Part shown: piece after piece, positions 1-12,857 of the stretch | Layout of the letters: every line of letters begins with the position of its first letter | Numbering within the stretch: the first letter of the stretch is position 1 | DNA from: Octopus vulgaris | Taxonomy: Eukaryota | Length of the DNA: 64,000 nucleotides | Direction of reading: 5' to 3' | Assembly (NCBI GenBank): GCA_951406725.2 | Contig: OX597818.1 | Location: 20,770,001-20,834,000, forward strand | Position numbers and translations under genes: made by a program | Notes under the pieces: generated by a model | What the model was told of the DNA's origin: nothing | Databases searched by the model: none | What the model saw: the letters and a program-made list of their open reading frames with translations, nothing else

Positions 1-99
1 AGTAAATGTGAGAGATATTACCATCTCATGATAGCCAGTACAATCAATCTACAACAGAGTGGGAAAGAATTTTTATTTTTCTAATCCAGCAACAAGGTC

Positions 100-265
100 A
101 GCCAATCTTTGAAGGAAGGGAGAAAGTCGATACCATCGTCTCTAGAGAAATGAAATACAAAGTTGATGTAAGTGAATATTGAACTCAGAAGATAACAGAT
201 CGGAGTAAATACTGCAAAACATTTGTTTCTCAACGCTCTAACATTTCTGTCCGTTCGCCGCCTTG
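100..265 (-). mobile_element. Decayed tRNA-derived SINE (family 1)
   Basis: Reverse complement reads ggcggcgaacggacagaaatgttagagc...ctgagttcaa..., similar to the intact copies at 21620 and 33460. Confidence 0.55.
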
Positions 266-322
266 TGAGAAAGGGCAAAATCACATAAGAACAAACACTA
301 CTATATATATATATAGTAGTGT

Positions 323-356
<34 letters not shown>

Positions 357-360
357 CTAC

Positions 361-515
361 AGACTTCTTCCAGTTTCCATCTACCAAATCCACTCACAAA
401 GCTCTGGTCAGTCCGAGGCTATAGTAGAAGATGTCCAAGGTGCCACGCAGTGGGACTGAACCCGGAACCATGTGGTTGGGAGCAAGCTTTTTTACCACAC
501 AGCCACTCCTGCGCC
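361..515 (-). mobile_element. tRNA-derived SINE (family 3), 5' part
   Basis: Reverse complement ggcgcaggagtggctgtgtggtaaaaagcttgctcccaaccacatggttccgggttcagtccc has A/B-box-like elements. A similar copy is at 36713. Confidence 0.75.
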
Positions 516-520
516 TACAT

Positions 521-593
<73 letters not shown>

Positions 594-728
594 ATATATA
601 CGTCTATATAAATATATATATGTATATACATACACACATACGCGTGTATGTATGCATACATACACCTACATATATTATTTGTGAGCATGTGTGTCTGTGT
701 TTGTGTGTGTGTGTGTGTCTATGTGTGC

Positions 729-761
<33 letters not shown>

Positions 762-1481
762 TGTATTAGTTCGTTTGTCCGCCTCTCTATATTACACATA
801 CTTTCTTGTCACGTTTTGATGTTTCACTATGGCTGCCTCGAGCATCCATTTTATTTTTATAGTTTCTCGAATTAACGTCACCAAACCAGTCACCGTTGTT
901 CTGTCGTCGATCTTCGGAGACGCTGAGACAGTCACGTTCATTCTTTTTGATAAATGTTAGGAAGATTTATAGATAGATAAGTGACAGTTAGGGAAGATAG
1001 ATAAATACATATACATAATACGTATAAACACGAAGATTGAGGTGGGACGGAAGAGAGAGTACAGAGAAAGAAGAATGTATAGTTAAGCTTATTCATATAT
1101 GTACATATATATATATATAGCCACGTCTATATTCGTTGCTTCTGATTTTGTAATCTAATAGATTAGATTTTCTTGCGCTGGTAAATTTTGCATTGAAATT
1201 GGATTTCGTATTGAAAAGGTAAGAATTAAATTTTAAATTCTTCACAAAACTTTTCTATTGGGAACACGTGAAACTATAGGAAAACAACTATTATATATGT
1301 ATATATATATATATACGCGCGCGTGTATGTGTGTGTTTATAGATAGATAATAAACAGACAAGTAGATACTTCTATATACAAGCACACACACATCTACATA
1401 CATATACACACACACACACACACACACAACCACACACGTATACATATGTATATATGCACACATATGCATGTAAATGTATGT

Positions 1482-1564
<83 letters not shown>

Positions 1565-1911
1565 GAAGAAGAAAATTTTAAAACGAAAAAAATATTCTGG
1601 ATAATTTGACATTTGGGTTTTTATTCTTAATTTATTTTCCTGTTCCTCGTTATTTTCATTTTAATGCAATTTTTTAATCTCATTTACTTCTCATCTAAAT
1701 TTATTTTTGCGGAAAACGAAGAGTGGGGTAAATATAATGAATTTTAAAACAACTGCTTCAAACTTTTACACTAGGTGACGCATGTTTGGTTTAGTGGGAG
1801 TAGGCGGCACACATCTACTGGACTAATCTTTCGGGAACCCAGACTGATGAAGGGCAATTTAATAGTTCATCGCAGTTTAGAACCAAGATAACAAAACGTA
1901 AATATTTACGG

Positions 1912-2083
1912 TCGCAGGGACGGCAGTATTGTAAAAGCACTCGCTTTGCAACCATGTGGTCTTGGGTTCAGTCCTACTGTGCAACATCTTGGGGAAGTGT
2001 TCTTCCACTATAGCTCTGGGCTGACCAATTCCCTGTGAGTGGAATTTTGTAGTTTGAAAAGACGGAAAATATGTAGAAGCCCG

Positions 2084-2134
<51 letters not shown>

Positions 2135-2305
2135 TGCGTATATCGTGCCTGTGTTTGTCCTTTGCCAATGCTCAACAACCGGTGTTGGTTTGTTTACGCT
2201 CCCGTAACTTAACAGTTGGCAAAACTAACGATACATTAAGTACCAGACTCTTTAAAGCGATGCCCCAGCATGACCGAAGTGCAATGACTAAAACAAATAA
2301 AACAT
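1912..2305 (+). mobile_element. tRNA-derived SINE (family 3) with internal (GT)n
   Basis: ttgcaaccatgtggtcttgggttcagtcc...cttggggaagtgttcttccactatagc...aatgactaaaacaaataaaa, shared with 36160-36550. Confidence 0.65.
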
Positions 2306-2480
2306 TTGGCATTATTGTTTTCTATTCCTAGACTTTATCAGCTCCTGCTCTTTGACTCACAAATTCATAAATTAGGCGTGTCACTCTTATGAATTATGAT
2401 TTCACTTACATATCTGCAATCATAACTGGATACAAAGCAGGTTTATATGTCCGATATTTACACTGTGTTATTTAAGCACA

Positions 2481-2518
<38 letters not shown>

Positions 2519-2763
2519 CACACACACACATAATCAACACATTTCACATACGCGCGCGCACACATTATTTGCTGAGTCCGCTGAGACGATCCAATTTACA
2601 CCATGGTTTCACTCAGATATTTGCAATCATCAGCGGACACAAGCGGGTATATTTGCACGGTACTTGCATTGTATAAGTTAAATGATCGTTAAGTGTTTAC
2701 TTGCCTTCTAACCATGAAACTAGAAGCAGCATTTAACCATGGCATGTATACATACATACACAT

Positions 2764-2815
<52 letters not shown>

Positions 2816-2864
2816 TCAACACTACACATATCACATGCACGCGCGTGCACATATTATTTGCTGA

Positions 2865-3205
2865 GTCTGGTAGTGGGCTGGGACAGTGGCCACGACTTTC
2901 GCAGGCCCTCCGAGCCCGATGAAGTTGATGCTATTAATGGGTCGTTTAAAACGCTGTACTTCAGCACCTGCATGAACATCACAGGCTGGAAGAAAATTTC
3001 GAAGTACTGATGTTCTAGCGAAGAATGATTGGGTGTAGTGGCTGGGGAGTGGGTTTGGAGGAGGTAACAAAGATGACGAGAGTTGAACAGAGACGGGTGA
3101 TTTGGAGTGTTTGACTAATCGAGGTACGAGGCCAGCCAGCCAGCTCCGAGGAACAGTGACCATTATAGCAACGATAAAATAGACAAGGAGAGGAGACAGC
3201 ACTCA
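2865..3205 (-). mobile_element. 3' end of a CR1/Jockey-group LINE (decayed ORF2 C-terminus)
   Basis: Minus-strand frames give LFYRCYNGHCSSELA and HYTQSFFARTSVLRNFLP...FKRPIN, typical of the SFF.RT..LWN.LP C-terminus of non-LTR ORF2. Confidence 0.7.
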
Positions 3206-3378
3206 TGTGAGCCAGAGACTAGAGTGTCTCCGTTAGTCATCCTTCCAATTAGTCGAGTGGCCCTTGGATTAATGTGCGTGTATATATATATATATATATA
3301 TACGCATATTATATATATATTGAAGGATGACTAACGGAGACATTAATATATATATATATATATATATATGGAAGGATG

Positions 3379-3431
<53 letters not shown>

Positions 3432-3436
<5 letters not shown>

Positions 3437-3595
3437 CTCGGGATCTTTCCTTCTCCTTGTTTCCGACGAAGAGCTCCGCTCGAAACGTTAAACCCTCCTT
3501 CCCTTCTTTCCTGAGCGTCAAATAATACTTTAATTGTTCCACGTCCTCGCGTTGCTGTGTTTTTTTCTGTGTTTTCTTGTTTGGATTAACTATAT
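3432..3595 (+). mobile_element. Short repeat carrying a minimal hammerhead-like motif (Penelope pLTR-like, family A)
   Basis: 3459-3493 gttt CCGACGA a gagc tcc gctc GAAA cgt t aaac. Homologous copies at ~8820 (-), ~17735 (+) and ~58460 (-), each next to (TA)n/(TG)n. Confidence 0.65.
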
Positions 3596-4057
3596 GTATA
3601 TATAAGTTGAATAGAGTTACAACATGGTCTGGTTTTCGCGTTTTTATTATTGTATTTAAACAAAATTCTTTTACAATTTTGAAGTGTGTTAAACATTTAA
3701 AAAATATTTTGTGATGTTCATAAAGTTCAGTTAGCGCTTTCACACATTTGTAGCAATCATCAGATTTCAAAATATATTAGCTGACAGTTGAGTTGAGTGC
3801 TTGACAACTATGGTGTAATGACTAACTTCCTTTTTATGCCCTTTAGAAGCCTCCGACAAGCTGAATTTTTTCGAATACGGTTTTGACCAATCAGCATGCT
3901 ACTTAAATGTCACGGTTTGCCGGGTGCACTGATATTATTGGCATAGATCCCGCCTTTATTTTAACCAATTATCTTTCGGTTTACATGTAATGGTTTTATG
4001 AGTGATCAAACTTGGTTGTATGTATGTATGTAGGTATAAGCGCATATCATGTATATT

Positions 4058-4116
4058 CAAGGTGGACCAAAAGTCACGCACAAAAACATGACATTTTATT
4101 TATATTGAGGTATTAC

Positions 4117-4159
<43 letters not shown>

Positions 4160-4280
4160 TAATTAATTAATTAATTAATTAATTAAATCATTTATTTAAG
4201 TCAGTTTTAGAAAATTGAAACGTCTTCGACAATTACGGAACGTATTGAGCTTACTTTATGCTTGACTTTTTCCTACCTTG
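4058..4280. mobile_element. Tc1/mariner-type MITE, degenerate
   Basis: Ends caaggtggaccaaaagtca ... tgactttttcctaccttg|ta; related to the MITE at 16179. Confidence 0.55.
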
Positions 4281-5325
4281 TATATATCTATTAATTACCT
4301 TTTGTATAATATTGATTTCATTTTCTTTCTTTCTTTTGTTTTGCTTGACCACTTCTATTTGAAAGCTTCTAAACATCATATGTTAAGAAAATGAAGCTAC
4401 TACCATTGTCTGACAGCAAGTCAAATTTACTCAATGCATATCACATAAATCTTCCACCACCTTTTAACGTTTTATTGAAATTATCATGTCTAAATATTTA
4501 CAAAGCTATGTATTTCGCTCTGTTTGAATAACTTGGAGCGGTGAAAACGAAATACATACATAAATACATGCATGTCAGGTCGTTCTTAGTGCTACTGGTA
4601 ACATGTAACCCAGTACAACCCGTCGCATGATCAAACCGTCAGCAAATGTTACGGGAGAATTCTGAACCCTTCACGTGACTGAAGGTGGACCAATCGATTA
4701 CGATAAATAAGAGCTGGGTGAACTGTCAACGAGGGTAGTTGACGGTGTTTGTTCAACCGTTTTGGTTTACCGTGTTAGTTTACCGCGTTGCAGCCATCAT
4801 GTATGTATGTATTATGTATGTATGTATGCATGTATGGATGTATGTATGTATGTATATACATACATATCTGTGTTTTTGTCTTTATGTCTCCTCCCCCCAC
4901 ATACACATACATTACTTGACAACCGGTATTGTTTGCTTACTTTCACTAACTTAACGGTTCGTCAAAATACACCGATAGTCTAAGTACCAAATTTCAAAAA
5001 ATTAATACTAAGGTCGATTTGTTCGACTAAAACCCCTTAAAAGTGGTGCCCCAGTATGGCCGCAGTCCAATGACTGAAACAAGTGAAAGATAAAAGATTG
5101 TTTTTTTCCTTGTTGGTGTCGTAATTTAGTTTGTTATTGATGATTTTTCCGTAAATGAGACTAAATTATTATGGAGGGTCTTTTCGTTTTAAATCTTTAT
5201 ATACAGCGTATGTGTGTGTGTGTGTTTGTGTAATTTACAGTGGAATATTAATTTTAACATTTTTTATTAAATTAAATTTCAAATATTTTCCAGTTTATCA
5301 AATAATTATATTAGCAGCATTTAAT

Positions 5326-5369
5326 TTCTTCTTCTTCTTCTTCTTCTTCTTCTACTACTTCTTCTTCTT

Positions 5370-5446
<77 letters not shown>

Positions 5447-5475
5447 ACTACTACTGCTGCTGCTGCTGCTACTTT
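5326..5475. repeat. Compound microsatellite (TTC)n(TAC)n(TGC)n
   Basis: Directly visible. It produces the spurious poly-F/Y/C ORF 5155-5808. Confidence 0.95.
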
Positions 5476-5879
5476 TCTTTTTCTTCATCTTTTATTGTTA
5501 TTGTTGTTGTCATTTTGCTTTTTGTCATTCATTTTCTTGAGTCAGTCAGTCATTCATTCATTTTCTTTCTTTCTTTCTCTCATTCTATTTGCCAGGTGTT
5601 CCTTTGTCTTCCTTCCCAGAATGCTTCAGCTGCACTACTGGCCAATGCACAACTCGACAATATAGATCTACGCAACCGGTCCCTCACAGCTCTTCGTATT
5701 CACACAGCCAATGATAAACAGAATATATGTATATATGTGTATACATATATACATGTGTGTGCGTGTATGTATGTATATGTATTTATATACACGTATATAA
5801 ATAAATAAATATATATTACATGTCTACATATACGTATATATATATATTTATATATTTATATTATATCATATGAAACGAC

Positions 5880-6799
5880 ATGAAGACCCTCCAACGGCTC
5901 CTAACATTGGTTGCGTTATCGTTCGTCTTAACTGTCGTGCTGTTAAATACAGCCCTAGTCAGTCGACTTTTCTCCATGTCTTCCACTGATTACTTGGGGA
6001 CAGATATGGACGCAGCTGGCGACAAAGAGGCTGCATACTACCTAATTCGCGAGGGCCAGGCCGTCAGCGACCCCTATCGCATAGATTACTCTAACACCAG
6101 AGCCGGAGCAAACCGAGCTCATTTGCATTTGCTCCGAAAGAACCTCAACAAAAGTAACGCCAGTAGCGGCGGCGGAGGAGGAGGAGGTGGTGGTGGTGGT
6201 GTTTGTATCGGTGGCGGTGGTGGCCATGACGCTGCTGTTGGTGGTGGTGGTGGTGGTGGTGGTGGTGGTGGTGGTGGAGTAGGAGGTGGAGGAGGGGCTG
6301 ATAGTGGCGTAGGTGCCGCTGGCAATGGCGGTAAGGCCGTTGCTGCTGATGCTATTGCTGCTGCTGGTGGTGGTGGTGGCGGTGGTGGTGGTGGTGGTGG
6401 TGGTGGTGGTGGTGGTGGTGCCGCCGATGAAGATGACAACAATGAGAACAACAACAACAACAATAACAACATAAGCTTGGAGCGGGAGAAGGCAGCCCAC
6501 GACCAAAACGATACGCCCGAACAGGATGACGACATTCCGCTACGTCACGAGTTGGAAGGTGGAGGCAACAACCCGCGCCGAATGGATAAGAGTTTACGCT
6601 GGCGTAACAGCAAGAGGACATCTTTGTTAAACGCTGACATTTTACAGAAGTGTGTGAATTCAAGTCTTAACGCCGTATATATCAAGGAACTCCATCGAAT
6701 CATGGAAAAGTACTTCGGGGATAAAATCGATGTCGTACCGGCACAGCGCCGAAACGTGAGGATGCCAAGTCTCAAGTCGATTTTCCGCAGTTATGACCA
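5880..6799 (+). CDS. FAM20C: FAM20C-like secretory kinase, coding exon 1: hydrophobic signal anchor, poly-Gly/poly-Asn stem
   Basis: ORF MKTLQRLLTLVALSFVLTVVLLNTALV... has basic residues followed by a hydrophobic stretch (type II anchor). It ends at donor CA|GTAAGT (6800), phase 2, joining in frame to 32172 (CA+A = Gln). Linkage to the kinase exons is inferred from phase and topology. Confidence 0.8.
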
Positions 6800-6882
6800 G
6801 TAAGTACACCCTTAATATTTATCACAAAGCCTTTCTTGCAAGTCTCTGCGACACAAACGTGCACATACATGTCTGCCTCTCA

Positions 6883-6950
<68 letters not shown>

Positions 6951-7417
6951 CTGTATTTATGTATCATTCAGCCACAGTAGTGGTTGAATATATTCTTAAG
7001 TCCACCATTTCGTCAATCGCGGCAGCTCCAAACTTCACCACTAATTCAGTTCTCAACTAAATAGTTGTTAATAGTTTTAAAGAGGAAACATCCTCAGCTA
7101 CACTGTGACATAAATAGTTTGAGATTTGGTTCAGTAGACAAAATATCTACGACCTCAAGGGGGCTGTAAGGCACCTATTCACATTCAATGAACGTAAACT
7201 TTTTAATTTTAAAATAAAAATATGCTTTTCTTAGGCTTAAATGATAGAAAAACGTATGAGGAATTCAGAGTCATTAGTCGTACTGAACAAAAATTAGTAG
7301 AAGAAAAGTTATGGGGTGAAATTCCACGAAATTTCGTGTCAGTAAGAGAATAAGGAAGTAACGTTTAGCAATAAGAATTTAAAGAATATATTGCTAAAAT
7401 GAATGTTTACGTCCTTA

Positions 7418-8120
7418 GTCGGTGAGCTGGTAGAAACGTTAGCACGCCGGGCGAAATGCTTAGCGGTATTTCGTCTGCAGTTACGTTCTGAGTTTAAATT
7501 CCGCCGAGTCTACTTTGCCTTTCATCCTTTCGGGGTCGATAAATTAAGTACCAGTTACGCACTGGCGTCGTTGTAATCGTCTTAATCCCTTTGTCTGTCC
7601 TTGTTTGTCCTCTCTGTGTTTAGCCCCTTGTGGGAGGTAAAGAAATAGGTATTTCGTCTGCAGTTACGTTCTGAGTTCAAATTCCATCGAGGTCGATTCT
7701 GCCTTTCATCCTTTCGGGTCGATAAATTAAGTACCAGATACGCACTGGGGTCGATATAATCGACTTAATCCCTTTGTCTGTCCTTGTTTGTCCTCTCTGT
7801 GTTTAGCCCCTTGTGGGTAGTAAAGAAATAGGTATTTCGTCTGCAGTTACGTTCTGAGTTCAAATTCCATCGACGTCGACTTTACCTTTCATCCCTTCGG
7901 GGTCGATAAATTAAGTACCAGTTACGCACTGGCGTCGATGTAATCGACTTAATCCCTTTGTCTGTCCTTGTTTGTCCTCTCTGTGTTTAGCCCCTTGTGG
8001 GCAATAAAGAACTAAGAAGCGTTAGCGCGTCGAGCGAAATGCATAACTGTATTTCGCCTGTGTTTACATTTTGAGTTCAAATTCCGCCGAGGTCGACTTT
8101 GCCTTTTATCCATTTCGGAT
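7418..8120 (+). mobile_element. Family-1 tRNA-derived SINE, tandem multimer (~183-bp unit)
   Basis: One head ggtgagctggtagaaacgttagcacgccggg, then the unit ggtatttcgtctgcagttacgttctgagtt...gcctttcatcctttcggggtcgataaattaagtacc...taaagaaata at ~7465, ~7648 and ~7831, plus a partial fourth. Confidence 0.85.
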
Positions 8121-8662
8121 CTATTCAATTTGACGTACAGATTATTTAATTATTTTTTTTAAACTAAACACTTTGAAACTTTCGATACTGGTACAATGTG
8201 TCACACACAACATTAACGTTTTTGACAAAATTTTGTATCTTAGAAGTTATTTCGTCACAAGTTACAGAGTGATAATGGGCAAATTCGTGTTTGATAAGTA
8301 CCAATACACGAAACTCTCAGCTTTTGACTTACTCTCTAACTTTTGCTAATGATATATATGCATATTATACATATGTGTGTAAAAAAATCTCATCACGCTA
8401 TCAAACCAATGAAAGAGCCTCTACCCGGTCTCTCGACACGCTACACATAGCAGCCAATGTATCCCATACCTAGTATTTTATAAGGTAAAATCCTAAACTA
8501 TTAATTAACACATTATTCATTACCTTATAACAGCAATGCTTGGAAAAATCATGTATTATATGGAAAAATGCGAGCATGAAAAGTAATATTCTGAAGATTA
8601 TAAACCTGGAAAAGTACAGGACAAGTTATTGCCCGTCCTGTAAAATGCTCGCATTTTCCATG

Positions 8663-8713
<51 letters not shown>

Positions 8714-8744
8714 TACATATATAGCGAGAATTTGCAAAAAAAAA

Positions 8745-8910
8745 AAGAAAAGACGAAGACGGGTGTGTAAACAACAAACAGATGTATTAGTTTAACGCTC
8801 GGGAAATGAGAAAGTCTTTCACGTTTCGAGCCTACACTCTTCGACAGAAACGAACACAGAAATAAACAGGGAGAGAAAATAGAAAAAGGTTTAGTGGCTA
8901 GCGATCTATC
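8745..8910 (-). mobile_element. Family-A hammerhead-like short repeat, degenerate core
   Basis: Reverse complement of 8817-8851: ttt CTGTCGA a gagt gtag gctc GAAA cgt g aaag. Confidence 0.55.
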
Positions 8911-8953
8911 ATCACACACACACACACACACACATAGGCGCACACACATATAC

Positions 8954-9407
8954 AATCAAATTAAGCAACAAGGATATCCAGAGGTAATGCAGCACGATCG
9001 TTTCATGCAGCTCCATTTAATTAAACAATGCAATCATTACATCAATTTAAAACGCAGAGCAATCTTCAGCTGCACAGACATAGAATTTAATTAAATTAGA
9101 ACAGATGGACACATTAGTATAATTATACCTAAAATCTCCAAGAAGTTAAGGAGATAGATAAATAACATGTTGTTCCTATTTCAGCATAGAAGTTACTTCT
9201 ATGCTGAAGTAGACACTTCTTGGAGATTTTAGGTATAATTATACTAAAGTGTCCATCTGTTCTAATTTAATTAAATTCTATGTCTGTGCAGCTGAAAATT
9301 GCACTACATGTTAAATTGATGTAATGATTGCATTGTTTAATTAAATGGAGTTGCATGAAACGATCGTGCTGCATTACCTCTGGACATCCGTGTTGCTTAT
9401 TTTGATT
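8954..9407. repeat. Long inverted repeat (~193-bp arms), each arm containing a hammerhead-like motif
   Basis: 8954-9146 is the near-perfect reverse complement of 9215-9407. The spacer contains its own hairpin ttcagcatagaagt-t-acttctatgctgaa. Confidence 0.92.
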
Positions 9408-9488
9408 TTAATCACCTTATTTTGAAATTGCATAGATAATATCGTACTAAATTCTGGTGCCTCAACTTAAGTACCATATTCATCTGAA

Positions 9489-9595
<107 letters not shown>

Positions 9596-9623
9596 ACATA
9601 TATATATATACGAATATATATAT

Positions 9624-10290
9624 ATGATGGCTACCCCCTCGTTATCGAGTATAGCCATTGCACGAGGCTTAACTGTTATTGGTACTGTGATCGAATGTGA
9701 ATTTTATTTGCATTTTAAGGCTACAGCCAGCCATTCAGTTGAGACTCACAGCACCATCAACAACCACGAACAATGTTGTTATCGTGCAATGCCTGTGCAG
9801 GATGATTTTTTTTAAGTGAGGAAAGGCTGTGCACTGAGTCAGTCCCAATCACTAAGCAACAGCAGCCATAATCCGAAAATAAGAACAAGTCAACATCATC
9901 GGTAACCACTGAGCCGCAGGTTTTATGTCGGAGTTATCCCAGTTACCTGAGTTACCTTCTCCTAGAAGGATGCCCTAACAAGGGCTAGGAGTCCTTCACT
10001 TTCAATGGCTTAACCGCGCGATCGGGTATTCAGTCCGATTATTTCTATGTCCCCGCGCATGATACAGCCTTAAGCCTTAAGAAAAAAAAATGACACATTT
10101 ATTGGATGGCCGTTGACTCCCAAGAGTTCCTCCGCCCTTTGATGGGTTTTGTTTTTCATCCCGCAGGATGTCCAATAAACACCCTCCTCACCAAGCAAGC
10201 TTGGTGGGGTTGCCGGTTTAGTCGCCGACGGCCCGACTATGCAACAGGTTGTACTGGGTTACATGTTACGAGTAGCACTCGAAAGTGACC
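9624..10290. repeat. Interspersed repeat, unclassified (possibly a LINE UTR)
   Basis: GC-richer block between (TA)n tracts. Its end gttgtactgggttacatgttacgagtagcact recurs inverted at 4585-4620. Confidence 0.45.
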
Positions 10291-10382
10291 ACAAATATAT
10301 ATATATATATATATATCCCTTGCCAACCACGTTTCAAGCCAACTTCTTCCTCTTTCGATCATTTTTAATTGAGCTGAATTAA

Positions 10383-10970
10383 TTTTTTTTTTAAGTATCA
10401 CATTATAGGTATTTATACTCCAGTGAAATTAAGAAATCAACTCGTAAATAAACGAAATCCTCGAATCCATCAGTATGTATGTGTGCGCGCGCACGCACAC
10501 ACACACTCACAGAGTCGCATAGCTATGTATGTATTTATATATATATGAATGCACATGTGTCTACGCCCGTTGGCACACTACGATCTATACACACACAAAC
10601 GTGGTTCGATTCATATGAAAAAGAAAGTGAACAAAATAATATGACCACTTGCTTATCGATAAATTTGTGAATTCAATATTAGTTTTATTGTTTTTTTTAA
10701 GTATCACCATTATAGATATTTTTATACTCCGGTGAAATTCAGAAATCAAGTCTTAAATAAACGAAACCCTCGAATCCATCACTGCTCACACACACACACA
10801 CACACAGAGTTGCGTATGTATGTATGTACGCACACGTTTCTACGCACATAGGTACACCATAATCTATACACACACAGACGAGGATTGATTCATATGAAAA
10901 AGAAAGTACACAAAATAATATAACCACTTGCTTATTAGGGAAATTTGTAAGCTTGATATTTTGTTGTGTT
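10383..10970. repeat. Diverged ~300-bp tandem duplication
   Basis: ttttttaagtatcac...ctcgaatccatca...gattcatatgaaaaagaaagt...ccacttgcttat occurs at 10383-10690 and again at 10691-10970. Confidence 0.85.
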
Positions 10971-11150
10971 TTTTTTTTTAAAGATAATCAAACCAAATGT
11001 TCATCATTTCGATCCACTTACCCAATGAGTATTTCTGCCAAATCTGGCGAGAATCCGTTCAGCCGTTTTCCAGTAATTTTGCAAATACACAGTCAAACAG
11101 ACAAAGACGAGTGATTACAATACCTGCTTTTGCTTACCCGCGCAGGGTAA

Positions 11151-11211
<61 letters not shown>

Positions 11212-11212
<1 letters not shown>

Positions 11213-11425
11213 AAAATATTTAGACAAATACATAGAAACACCAGGACTTACAAACACATATAAAATACAGAAAATTGCACTACGGGGCACTGCACACATC
11301 CTACGCAAGACACTTTCAATACAGTAACCATCAGAGCATCACAACAAATCATAGCACATACCCAAGGCACACAGAGCTGCGCTCGGTAGTGAAGTGAAAG
11401 CACGCTATAAAAATAAAACTACTGA
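11212..11425 (+). mobile_element. R4/Dong-like LINE 3' fragment A
   Basis: Encodes ...TYKIQKIALRGTAHILRKTLSIQ*, homologous to the C-terminus EIQKIVLMGTAHILRKILSM* at 14633. Followed by (AAT)n. Confidence 0.8.
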
Positions 11426-11438
11426 ATAATAATAATAA

Positions 11439-11657
11439 TGTGCCAATTATTGTTGGATCTTTGGGGACAGTATCAGAAGGTGTCAAGAGGAATATAAAAG
11501 AAATGAGAATAGTGTGCCCAGTAGAGTTATTATAAAAGGTTTGCTTTCTTGGCACGACAGTTGAAAAGAACAAGTAGCAAGGTGTAGTAGGCTGTAGACT
11601 GCAGGTAGCAAGCCCGCTACGCATGCAAGACTCCAGGAGTTCCAACAAAACCTAAGT

Positions 11658-11658
<1 letters not shown>
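11439..11658 (+). mobile_element. R4/Dong-like LINE 3' fragment B (divergent subfamily)
   Basis: Encodes VPIIVGSLGTVS...KVCFLGT (compare IPVVIGALG...KIVLMGT). Flanked by (AAT)n on both sides. Confidence 0.65.
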
Positions 11659-11694
<36 letters not shown>

Positions 11695-11704
11695 GATAAT
11701 GATG

Positions 11705-11747
<43 letters not shown>

Positions 11748-11908
11748 TAATAATCCTTTTTACTATAAGCACAAGACCTGAAATTTTGTGGGGAGGGGAC
11801 TAGTCGATTACATCGACCCCAGTGTTTCATTGGTACTTAATTTATTAACCCCGAAAGACAAAATCGACATCGGCGGAATTTGAACTCAGAATAATAATAG
11901 TAATAATA

Positions 11909-12741
<833 letters not shown>

Positions 12742-12743
12742 TG

Positions 12744-12778
<35 letters not shown>

Positions 12779-12807
12779 AATAATAATAAAATAATAATGA
12801 TAATGAA

Positions 12808-12848
<41 letters not shown>

Positions 12849-12857
12849 TAATAATAA

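Noticed and set aside
1838-1880. CTGATGA as a hammerhead core
   Set aside because: No GAAA or helix follows; it looks like a decayed reverse family-1 SINE.
5155-5808. 217-aa Cys/Tyr/Phe-rich ORF upstream of FAM20C
   Set aside because: It is produced by the compound (TTC)(TAC)(TGC) repeat and a pyrimidine tract; more likely intron end and 5' UTR.
6042-6663. Minus-strand poly-Pro, poly-Thr and poly-His ORFs (formin/extensin-like appearance)
   Set aside because: They are antisense shadows of the (GGT)n tract. The + frame has a signal anchor and a phase-compatible splice donor.
7418-8120. CRISPR-like periodic repeat
   Set aside because: The units are whole ~183-bp SINE bodies without unique spacers; the context is eukaryotic and no cas genes are present.
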